Below the pieces are notes generated by a model. It was not told where the DNA came from, searched no databases, and worked only from the letters and a program-made list of their open reading frames with translations. A program made the position numbers and the translations under genes. A stretch of 63,205 nucleotides of DNA, counting the filler, from Octopus bimaculoides (taxonomy: Eukaryota): assembly GCF_001194135.2 (NCBI RefSeq). It is 8 parts of 8 records of this genome, joined end to end, with 100 filler letters (N's around TTAATTAATTAA, not from the genome) between each part and the next. Parts side by side here need not be neighbours in the genome. Positions count along the whole stretch, not along the records: positions 46,960 to 54,983 come from NC_068990.1; positions 55,084 to 57,701 come from NC_068985.1; positions 57,802 to 59,224 come from NW_026428704.1; positions 59,325 to 60,971 come from NC_068987.1; positions 61,072 to 63,205 come from NC_068991.1; 3 more parts are not named here. One strand, given 5' to 3'. The stretch's first letter is position 1. The number at the start of each line of letters is the position of its first letter. Of this stretch, positions 52,900 through 63,205 are shown piece by piece.

Positions 52900-53470
52900 C
52901 CTCCTAAAATGGCCAACAATAAATATCTGACAGATTATGTTTACCTTATTTCTTTCCCACCTTCACACATTCTCTGTATTTAATGTTATGCTTCACACTT
53001 CATACACAAACATCGTAAAATGTACCCTTCGCTCATACCCTTACTAGTAGAGGTACCTCTTCTTTAAGCTTCTTTCATTATCTAGCCACTCTGACTTTGA
53101 AACACCCACATTTATTGTCAATTAGATCACTCAGGTAACAAAGGCTACCAGCTGGTTCTGGGGAACCTTCTAGACATTTCAAAGAATTTATTCCACATGT
53201 GCTCTTCCGGTTTACTACTTCTGTGAATTTTCTACTTACAAAATCCTCCTATGCCAGCCTGAATTTGATGTAACTTCACTTCTTGTGCACCCAGTTTATT
53301 ACTGGCACTCTATATGACATTCCTACCAACCAACTATGACTACCTCTGAGATGGCAGTAGAGTCCTATCTTCTTTCTTATTAAAACTTTTGTGTTTGCTA
53401 GGTTTACTTTGAGGCCTCTTGGTTTTTCTTCCACATTTGGAATTTGTTCTCAAAATTTTTGATAGATTTA
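52900..53470 (-). mobile_element. Highly decayed RTE LINE fragment (same family as 48900-49860)
   Basis: aaattccaaatgtggaag...ggcctcaaagtaaacctagcaaacacaaaagtttta = KFQ.W...GLKVNLANTKVL. Confidence 0.75.
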
Positions 53471-53558
53471 ACTATGAGAACCTAGTTATTGTCTCACAAA
53501 CAGCGTTATTTGTTTACAATGTTTCATGAAGAAGTGTCTGGACTAAGTGAAGTATTAC

Positions 53559-53605
53559 CTTGCTTTGGAACAGATGAGCAGGAGTATGGATAGGGTAAAT
53601 GGCAC
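53559..53605 (-). other. Candidate internal exon (47 nt)
   Basis: Acceptor ttttgatgcttactctag|, donor AAG|gtaata. Confidence 0.5.
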
Positions 53606-54738
53606 CTAGAGTAAGCATCAAAATTGCACATCCCTCCCAACCAAAAAGTGGAAACTTGCATAGAAAAAGTGAATAATAAAGTAAGAACTAAGTAAGAATG
53701 AATAACTAAGAACACCTATTCTGTCCAATGGCATGGATAGCAATGAGCAAAACAAACCAAGCCCGAAAAGGTTAAAAATTTTTTTTGAATTATTTAATTA
53801 GAAAATGATCTTGGCCAAAATTGCCCCTACATCAAAGTGACACCTAGGGCATGTGCCCTGCTTGCCTCACCCTAACTATGCCCCTGCAGATGAGGGTGGA
53901 CAATGAGAAGGGCATCCAGTCGTAAAAGATGTGCCTCAATGAAAATCGTCTGACCCATGCAAGCATGGAAAAGTGAACGTTAAAACGATGATGCTTATTA
54001 ATAATATAGGGATGTACTTATTAAGATTATAAGAGAATAACAGTGTGAGATTTGGTTGGCATTTCTAGCAGGTTAAGCAAATGCATAGAGACTCTCTTCT
54101 AAAGTATTAATCATTTAATAATTTACAAATTATTCAACAAACTGGATTTACTTCCTATGTTTCAGCCAAGGTAAAATATTAACCAAAGCACCACTCCCAT
54201 GTACAGCTGAATGGATAACATAAAAATATTTAAGACAAAATAAGGCCAGCTAAATCTATGTTATTAAATTTAGCTGGTTTTATTTTGTTATAGATATTTT
54301 TTAGCTAAACTAAAGCAGGATTTATGGAACTATCTACCATGTACTCCGTATCATTTGAGGTTGACAATAAACATTTGAATTAATGTCTTTATTGTTTTAT
54401 AAACCCTCTAAGCATTTAGTAGCTTCGTGTGTTGGCCAACATTTCTGTATTCAGTCCTCTACATCATGGGGCTGGTGTACTTTAGATCCATTACTGGATC
54501 GATAAATAATACAATACTATAAATATTTACTTTTCCTTTTCCTAAATTTTCCCGTTAAAACAAAAGTTTTTCGTTTACTGAACTGAAATGAGGTCGGTAC
54601 AAGGAATAACATAGTTATCTCCCTTACATTATACTTGAAAATATTTCCTGCACGATACGTTTTTTTTAAATATAATAATAATGAAATTATTGTGTATAGT
54701 GTGTGGTGTGTGCGTACGAGTAGATGTAATCGCCTTAC

Positions 54739-54920
54739 CTCGGTTTTCCTATCCTCGACTGCGAGTCTGTCTTGCGGTATCCAATTCTTGAAGCTTGCCC
54801 CGACCCAAAGTACACTAGGAATAGCAGCTGTCTCTCCCAAACCTAGACCGTCGCTTAACACCTCTTGTCCTGACCACAACCCCGTTCGAAAAGGGCACGA
54901 ATCCCGATCGAGGCTCCCTC
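54739..54920 (-). other. Candidate first exon (no ATG; start site approximate)
   Basis: CpG-rich segment ending in the strong donor GAG|gtaagg immediately downstream of promoter motifs. Confidence 0.6.
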
Positions 54921-54924
54921 TGCC

Positions 54925-54983
54925 CTTTTTCCCCTTCCGGTCAACTCGCCCTTCCGGTCAGCCTCCCCAGACACTGACGTCAT
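54925..54983 (-). promoter_or_regulatory. Housekeeping-type promoter: tandem ETS (CCGGAAG x2) and CRE (TGACGTCA)
   Basis: cccttccggtca twice (54932-54960) and tgacgtca at 54975-54982 within an undepleted CpG patch; cut by a scaffold join. Confidence 0.65.
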
Positions 54984-55083
54984 NNNNNNNNNNNNNNNNN
55001 NNNNNNNNNNNNNNNNNNNNNNNNNNNTTAATTAATTAANNNNNNNNNNNNNNNNNNNNNNNNNNNNNNNNNNNNNNNNNNNN

Positions 55084-55132
<49 letters not shown>

Positions 55133-56858
55133 CGTGTGTGTGTGTGTGTGTTTGTGTGTGTATGTGTGCTTGTGTGTATGTATGTGTGTATGTGTATTAG
55201 GCGGGAGTGAGGTGTCCTTAAATTAGAGATCCGGCCGAATATTTGAGAAAGAGCTTACACTAAAGTTAGAGTGTAGAGAGCCAGAGCAAAAGCCACAATG
55301 CAATCTAATCGACGATCTAACAATTCTATCAATCGCTTTTCTCTCCTTTCCTCTCTCTCTCTCTTCCTCTCTATCCTTTCTCTCTCTCCCCCTCTTTCTT
55401 ACGTGACATGTACATCCCTGTTCAAACTTCTGCGACAATTGCAATCAGGAAAAATACTTCGTCGTCAAAAGAACAGTCACATTCAGCATAAGATCAGAGT
55501 TAATTTGTAAGTGACATCACAAAAACTGAGCGCAACTAATCTAAAAGTTAAAGGAAAACTTTACTGAGAATACAAAATAGGATATAATAGACTGAGGACC
55601 ATCATCCATAAATGGCTCAGGAATCTTCCTTTATCTACCACATGATATCACAAAATATCATAAAACACACACTAAAGAAGATAAATGAGATAATGTCACC
55701 ATGCAAACATCAAAGAAAATTCATCTAAGAGCATACTTCTAAATATAAACAAATTTAAAACAGACCTTTGCCAAAGCACACAGTATCTATTAATACAGCA
55801 GATAAAAAATAGACGTCTTAAACACATATACACACACGAATACAAACTCACTGAAATAATTACAATGCTCTCCAGTGAATTAAGCAAACAAAATCTTTTA
55901 TTCGTTTGATAGAGAATTTCAATAAATCACACCGGACTTTCTTCTTGCGCCTGCAGAGTATCTCAACAGGCATGATAGAGCTGCACAATGTGATCTCAAG
56001 TTTTAAAACAAACACATAATTTTCTTATGGTTTCTTAAACATTCTCTAGAACAACACTATGTACAAAACCAAATATATGGCACCCTAGGCATAACACCAA
56101 CATGAACTTCTAACTTGTTGTCTCTTGAGGTCTCTGGGTGAGAATTGGAGCCAACTTGTACAAATGTAAAGCAAAAGTCAAACATAAAATAATAATAATA
56201 AGCGTAAAGCTTATAAGCGATCACCATGCATTGGTTAAAGAAAGTCGTTTAATACTGCGGCATATGAGCTCTCGACCGGAAAAAGTGGGTGGTTTTTTCT
56301 GTCAAGGACATATATACCCTAATATTAGACTATTTTCTTTAGTCAATACACGGTGAAGGCTTACAAGTTTTAAGCTTATAATTATTATTATCATTTACAG
56401 AATTGTTACTCGTCATCGTTTCTCCATTTAACACACACACACACGTGTGTGTGTGTATGTGTGTGTGTACCTTTATATGTAGATACATATATAAATACAC
56501 ACACACATTATGTTAAAAATTACAAAAAGTCTTCTGAAAGACATCTTCCCTGGGTTTCCTGGCCGAAATAATAATTTATTTTATCATTTATATTACTTTT
56601 CAAGCTGGTAAAAACAAGGCGGTTTAGAAACTGCGTTCGATGTAATTGAGTTTTGAATGAGCACGCGTCTTCAGAAAAAAGACAGAGAGCAATGGTCTTG
56701 TTATTTTTACCAGCTTGATATATATAGCAAAATAAATTGATATTTTTTCCAGAAACCCCGGCTAGCTGTATTTCACATGACTTTTTGTGGTTCTTATTAT
56801 ATTAATTTATTTACTCTCTTAACTGATCGAGTGCCGTGCTACTTGTTGAACTTCATAC

Positions 56859-56891
<33 letters not shown>

Positions 56892-57089
56892 TATTGCCCA
56901 TGTATCGAATCAAATGATTTCTGTTTGTTTTCGTTATCTGAATTTTCTTATTATTCTAAATCATTCCTTAGATTTTGCTCCGAGATCGGAGGCATAAAAC
57001 CCAGAGTTAAGAAATTTGAATTTCAAGCTTCAATAAAAATATTTTGAAACTCTACAGTTAGTATAAATTCTATTACCATTTTCCTTCTT

Positions 57090-57364
57090 GTTTATACTGA
57101 AAGTCTTAACACGCAACCAGTGACCAGATAAGCTGCGACAATCTTGTCACTGCGTGCGCCACTCTGGACTAGAAGAATCCGAATTAGTCTTGTGGAACCC
57201 ACTTCATGGTGATGTAAGAAGAGGAAAACTTCGTCACACTTACATCGACAACTTGATTGAAGACACTGGCCTGGATTGTATCCAGGACCTCGATGCAATG
57301 ATGTTGTACCAAGAAGTGTGTGGCAGGTGGACTTTGATGCTGAGGCTCGAGTTGGAACCCGGTC

Positions 57365-57428
<64 letters not shown>

Positions 57429-57430
57429 TT
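57090..57430 (+). mobile_element. RTE-like LINE 3' end with (AAT)n tail
   Basis: ELVLWNPLHGDVRRGKLRHTYIDNLIEDTGL..LDAMM C-terminal pattern. Confidence 0.7.
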
Positions 57431-59442
57431 AGCACACAAAACACTAAATATTTATTTATATATGCATGTATATATTTATGCCTGTATGTGCGTATGTGGT
57501 GTGTGCATTTGCATACTTTATGTTGCAGTCATTAGTGAAGTTAATATTAACAAGTATCTAATAGTAGTAAGCGAGTTAACTTTGTTAATGCTTTCTGTTG
57601 GCCATGTGTTGGCTCTTTATTCGTTATGTTTATGCAGAAAAGTGTACTTTCAGAGCCAAATCTCGTGTAACTATTTTTCGTTTCATATATATATATATAT
57701 ANNNNNNNNNNNNNNNNNNNNNNNNNNNNNNNNNNNNNNNNNNNNTTAATTAATTAANNNNNNNNNNNNNNNNNNNNNNNNNNNNNNNNNNNNNNNNNNN
57801 NTGGTCTATTTTGCATAGGGAAATTACTCTGTAATACTCCTGTCAAAAACAAAAAATCTTTTTGTGTCCCGGTGGCTTTGCATTATGTTTTAAGTTTACT
57901 ATACTNNNNNNNNNNTTGTGTCCCGGTGGCTTTGCATTATGTTTTAAGTTTACTATACTATTTTCCTAATAACAAAAAGACAGCTACCTACACTACCGAA
58001 ATATTTCAACCGTATTATAATGAATTAAAAAAAAATATATCCTTCAGTTTGATGTAGTTGTTTTCATAGCGGCAGTAGAAAAGTTTTACTTACTCCAAAA
58101 GCGTGACCAGAGCTTTTCTGAAAAGAAATGTTGAATAATTGTCAAAATTTTGTAGTTTGAAAGCGGGTAATACATTTTCAGACATATTCACAGGTGAATT
58201 TATAGTCCTCTACTGAATAAGGCTGCCGTAATACTATGATCGATTAAAAATTTTACAAGCGTGACACAATAGATTATCAGAGAATATAAATAAATATTGC
58301 AACTATGGCTATTCGATACGTGTATGTCATCGCGTGAAGTCCTAAGCCACATTATTTAGTATCCAATTGAAAAAAAGGTAAAACGTAACTAAATAACATA
58401 TTCACTCTTTCCTTGATCGATTGTTGCTTGAATGGTGGTTTTAGGAAAAATGATTGTTTATATTCTTACAATACAACAATTCTTAATAATCGTACGTTGC
58501 TCTGTAGCTCATTGTTTTAGACAGATAAAACTAAAGTAATACAAGCTACTTACATCACACCTCAAAGAGTAATCCTTTTTGTACATTATTTGACAAAAGT
58601 TGGGTACATTTCGATCTGACCACATACATTTATCGAACACATTGTAAGTACTGGAAGGCAAAAATTATACATTCAGGTATTCTTGTATTCTCGTATTGCT
58701 TATATATTTATACCAACTCCATTCTGGACTCATTCTCGCCTTTCAAGAGTTATAAGAAGAATAAACCAAAATCAATACTCAATTATTAAGAGCAAAATTA
58801 TTTCTCAACTTCATATTTCTACAACTAGATAGAAAATTTAGTCTCACTGTCAGAGATCTTTAAACAACGATAGAAAAATTATACAATTTTCAATTCAAAA
58901 TGGGCCAAAATAATTGTCTATTTATTTATATTTACCTGAATGTTGCCTAGTATAATTTGTATTGTCTTTTGTCTAATTAGTTGACATAAATATATATATG
59001 AGTAAACCACGAATATCCCAGTCAAGACCGTGAGAGAATTGGTAGTGGAGATATCATTTCTTGAATCGGTGGTAGTTTAAAAACAAATGGCGTCTATATT
59101 TCATTGTACAAGATGTTTTAATATATAAGTCAGATATTCTTGGTTCCATCGACTTGGTACCATTGCAATACAGCTAGCATTTTGATAACGATATTCTATA
59201 TTTGTCAATATAGAATGGCACACANNNNNNNNNNNNNNNNNNNNNNNNNNNNNNNNNNNNNNNNNNNNTTAATTAATTAANNNNNNNNNNNNNNNNNNNN
59301 NNNNNNNNNNNNNNNNNNNNNNNNAATGTGTGTGCATATATTTATATGTATTGACATATTGACATTGATATAACTACATATATAAAATGCACATTTATAT
59401 AAACATGTATGTATGTCTGTATGCATGCATCTCATGTGCATA

Positions 59443-59490
<48 letters not shown>

Positions 59491-59635
59491 TGAGAGGAGT
59501 GGGAGACACCGTTGCCCGGCTCCATATAAAAAGGGAGTCATCTTTACATCAATAATACATCCAATTTAAAGCTGGGGGGAAATTCAATTACGATTGTCGG
59601 ACTCTGAGAGGTTCCTCTTACTCCGTCATTACCCG

Positions 59636-59873
59636 TCTTCTTGTTGTTGTTGCTGCTGCTGCTGCTGCTGTTGTTGTTGTTGTTGCCTGTTGCAGTCATC
59701 TGTGTCGTCGGCATCTTATTGCTCCTCCCTTTCTACCTCTCTCTCCGCACTATTTCCCTTTTCATCTCTCTCTCTCCCTCTCTCTCCCTCCCCCTATTTC
59801 CTTTTCGTCTCTCTGTCTCTCTCTTCCATTTCCCTTTTCGGATATCTCTCTCCCCGCCACTATTTCCGTTTCT

Positions 59874-59908
<35 letters not shown>

Positions 59909-60028
59909 ATTTTCCTTTCTGTCCCTCTCTCTCCTCCCCTATTTCCCTTTCTCTTTTCTCTCCCTATCTCTCTCCCCCTCTCACTCTCTCTCCCGATTTT
60001 CCTTTTTCTCCCTTTCTCTCTCTACTCC

Positions 60029-60067
<39 letters not shown>

Positions 60068-60320
60068 ATTATTTCCCCTTTTGCGTGTGTGTGTGTGTGT
60101 CTCTCTCTCTCTCTCTCACCTATTCCCCTCTTCCTCTCTCTCCCTCTCTCCCTTTCTCCCTTTCTCTCACTCAACCTCATTTTCTGTTTCACATCTTTCC
60201 ACTTCCATAACTCTTTTCCTCTTTCTCTCCTCTTTCTCTCCTCTCTCCTCCCTCCTCTTCCTCTCCTCTTTATCTCCCACCATTTCCTCTCCTTTTCTTA
60301 TCTCACTCGTTTTCCTACCG
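59636..60320. repeat. (GTT/GCT)n then CT-rich low complexity
   Basis: Direct. Confidence 0.9.
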
Positions 60321-60769
60321 GTGTTGTTCTTACAAACAACATAATAGAGAGACAGATATACTTGGCACCAACATACTCGATGCTCAGAGCTAAAAAGAAT
60401 AAATTCATAATTATTTTATTAAATGACTAATTTAGGTACAAATAAATAAATAAATAAATAAATAAATAAACAGCAGAAGATAACACCCGAAATTTTAATT
60501 AATAATAATTAATTCGATATAAAATACGGTGGACGAGTGTATTTCATATTTAGCTCAAGGGTGACAACTTATAACATGTTTCGCTCTCATTAATCTTCAT
60601 CAGTGAAGCTGATTCTGACCGTGGTTGCGCGACGAGAAAGAACGCAGGAATTTCTGCGAATATGCAAAATCCGTTCCGGTGTTATACGAATCTAGCATAA
60701 TTCCTTGTGAGGAATTAAACATTGGTGAAATATATAAGAAGGCGATGGTACGAGTGGTGGCGGCAGTTA

Positions 60770-60971
60770 TCGTGGTCATCGTGGTAGGCAATGATAAAAA
60801 CGGTGACGATGAAGACAGTTGTGATAATGTCGGTGGTGGTGGCGGCGGCGGCGGTGGTTTTATTGGTGGTGGTGGTGGTGGTGTGTGTGGTGATGGTGGT
60901 GGCGGTGGTGGCGGTGGTACTAGCGGTGGTGGTGACGGTGATGACAGCGAGCGATAACGATGACGATGGGG
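60770..60971. repeat. (GGT/GGC)n tract
   Basis: Direct. Confidence 0.9.
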
Positions 60972-61099
60972 NNNNNNNNNNNNNNNNNNNNNNNNNNNNN
61001 NNNNNNNNNNNNNNNTTAATTAATTAANNNNNNNNNNNNNNNNNNNNNNNNNNNNNNNNNNNNNNNNNNNNTATATATATACACATATATAAAAATAAT

Positions 61100-61285
61100 A
61101 CAGTTCTATGTTTAATAGATGAGGAATTATGCATATTATTTACATTATTTACATTTGACGGATATTTGGCCTCAACTTGTTTGTTGTTAACACAACGTTT
61201 CGGCCGATATATCTATCCTCCAGCTTTCATCAGGTGTCTTGGGGAAAATTCGAAACTGAGTTCTCGTTCCTTAGGTATTTTTCGA

Positions 61286-61359
<74 letters not shown>

Positions 61360-61423
61360 TCACTGCTTGGAATCGAACTCGGAATCTTGGCGTTAGTAGC
61401 CCACGCTCTTAATCACTACGCCA
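61100..61423 (-). mobile_element. Hammerhead-bearing tRNA-SINE-like element, complete left arm
   Basis: tRNA-like head 61356-61423, (AAT)n, tail with hammerhead, ending aattcctcatct.ttaaa.atagaact as at 7800-7840. Confidence 0.88.
61189..61238 (-). ncRNA. Minimal hammerhead ribozyme motif
   Basis: GACAC CUGAUGA A AGCUG..CGGCC GAAAC GUU GUGUU; stem II weakened. Confidence 0.6.
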
Positions 61424-61500
61424 CGGGCATATAGCGTAGTGGTTAAGAGCGTGGGCTACTAACCCCAAAATTCCAAGTTTGATTCCAATCTGTGTCCTGA
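61424..61500 (+). mobile_element. tRNA-like head of the right arm, fused head-to-head with the left arm
   Basis: cgggcatatagcgtagtggttaagagcgtgggctactaacccc...gtttgattcc. Confidence 0.85.
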
Positions 61501-61529
61501 ATAATAATAATAATTATAATAATAATAGT

Positions 61530-61574
<45 letters not shown>

Positions 61575-61580
61575 AATAAT

Positions 61581-61611
<31 letters not shown>

Positions 61612-61666
61612 TTAATAATAATATTTTAAAAAGGATTGATGTAACTCTTCACAAAGGTAAACAGTC

Positions 61667-62598
61667 AAGACGAAGAGCGTGATTCGATTGTAAGATATTT
61701 TGTTGGTTGAACGATATTTCAACAGTACGTCTGTCTTTGTCAAGTTCAAAACAAGAGGTGATTAAAAATTCAAAATTATAGAAATTTAAACGTAAAGTAT
61801 GAACGAGAGCAACCAGCATCCATATGTTGATGGAATGCCATCATCAGTTTTTAAATTACAATTTTATAACAGGTGAAAAGAAAAAGACAGAAAAAAAGAA
61901 CGAAATAAACAGAAAAACGAAGACGACAGAAAAAAAGGAAAGAAAAAGAGAGAAAGAAGAATATTTAATCAAACAGTTTTATATAAATTTGATGAAATTC
62001 TTCTGTCGTCAATCCTCCAGGGCGTGATGTTAATAACCCGCAAATATATTTCTCCTCATACATTCTGAGAAGTGAAAGTGAAGCAGATTCAGAATATTTT
62101 CTGAGAATATGCACTTTTAAGTCTTCTTCAAAATTGCAGCCGCTTGAAACGAAATGTTCAGAAAGTTCTGTTGAACTACTGTTATTGTGCCTGACGTCGA
62201 ATCTGTGCCCATTAAACCTTTTGTCTAATTGTTCTGTTGTAATGGGCACAGATTCGACGTCACGCAGAAGAATTTCATCAAATTTATATCAAACTGTTTA
62301 AATAAACATTCTTCTTTCTCTCTTTTTTTCCTTTTTTTCTGTCGTCTTCGTTTTTCTGCTTATTTCTGTCTTTTTTTGTGTCTTTTTCTTTTCACCTGTT
62401 ATAAAATTGTAATTTAAAAACTGATGATGTCATTCCATCAACATATGGATGCCGGTTGCTCTCGTTCATACTTTACGTTTAAATTTCTATAATTTTGGAT
62501 TTTTATCACTTCTTATTTTGAACTTGACAAAGACAGACGTACTGTTGAAATATCGTTCAACTAATAAAATATCTTACAATCGAATCGCTCTCTTCATC

Positions 62599-62600
<2 letters not shown>
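61667..62600 (-). mobile_element. Penelope-like element 3' end (GIY-YIG C-terminus) in fold-back configuration
   Basis: LDKRFNGHRFDV..TELSEHF..DLKVHIL..EEKYICGLLTSRPGGL (61965-62249); about 340-bp inverted arms 61667-62005 / 62265-62600. Confidence 0.85.
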
Positions 62601-62619
<19 letters not shown>

Positions 62620-62664
<45 letters not shown>

Positions 62665-62815
62665 TCGAAAAATACCTTACGAATGAGAATCCAGGTCCGA
62701 AATTTCCTCAAGACACCTGATGAAAGCTAGAGTTTATATCAGCCGAAACGTTGTGTTAACAACAAACAAGATGGGGACAAATATCCGTCAAATGTAAATA
62801 ATGTAAATAATGTAT
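62620..62815 (+). mobile_element. Hammerhead-bearing tail (right arm of the 61.1-62.8 kb pair)
   Basis: aacatcgaaaaatacc...aagacacctgatgaaagc...gccgaaacgttgtgttaacaac...aatgtaaataatgtaaata. Confidence 0.88.
62712..62757 (+). ncRNA. Minimal hammerhead ribozyme motif
   Basis: GACAC CUGAUGA A AGCU..AGCC GAAAC GUU GUGUU. Confidence 0.6.
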
Positions 62816-63205
62816 ATATATACACTTTCCATCAAATCGACGTTGTCTGAACAGGTGCAATGTATACCACGCGTCAGGGGTTGAAGTTGTAAGAACGACC
62901 GTGCGAACTCAAAAAGGAGAAATAGTGACGAATGGAAAAACAGGGGGACTCCTTTTATTTATACGCGTCACACGGTCGAACACAAAATAATATATCAATG
63001 ATGATATACAAATAATGTTATACTTCGATAACATTAGTGAATTCGTAAATACCAGTAATGAAGAGACGATAGAAAAGACAACCGTATAAGATGAATAACA
63101 GAAATAGTTATTGTAGCGTTAAAGATGTATGTGTATGTGAGAATGTGAATGCGACATATAAGAACATAATCAAAGACAGGCCGTCGTACAAAGAAAAGTG
63201 TGTAT

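Noticed and set aside
55560-56140. Possible ancient LINE remnant
   Set aside because: Motifs too eroded to assign by eye.
57862-57960. 44-bp direct repeat across 10 Ns
   Set aside because: Typical unmerged contig overlap.
22367-61071. Seven identical TTAATTAATTAA palindromes
   Set aside because: Each is centred in exactly 100 bp of N padding; an assembly linker, not biology. Cross-join neighbourhoods should not be interpreted.

Overview
Repeat-saturated metazoan genomic DNA, very probably Octopus (inferred from the SINE families, the extreme microsatellite load and low GC). It is a scaffolded mosaic: seven artificial 100-bp joins (N44-TTAATTAATTAA-N44) split it into eight blocks whose adjacency is not guaranteed, and there are several ordinary N gaps. 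No intact protein-coding gene can be supported; almost all of the ORF track is microsatellite or low-complexity noise. Real coding signal is decayed transposon: Tc1 (DD34E) x2, maT/DD37D x2, pogo/Tigger, Merlin, Helitron helicase, CR1, RTE x3 (one with a PHD finger inside the RT), Dong/R4 x2 and two Penelope-like elements (PLEs), plus MITEs. One likely host-gene 5' end (ETS/CRE promoter, three short non-coding-looking exons, CpG-eroded body) lies on the minus strand at 52.2-55.0 kb. The most interesting signal is a tRNA-headed short element whose tail carries a minimal dimer-type hammerhead ribozyme. It occurs twice, each time as a head-to-head inverted pair (7.8-8.8 kb and 61.1-62.8 kb). Further hammerhead-like cores and fold-back insertions next to (TA)n/(AAT)n tracts suggest a PLE-driven, ribozyme-bearing non-autonomous element system. 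All alignments, folds and translations were done by eye, so boundaries are approximate unless TSDs/TIRs are quoted.
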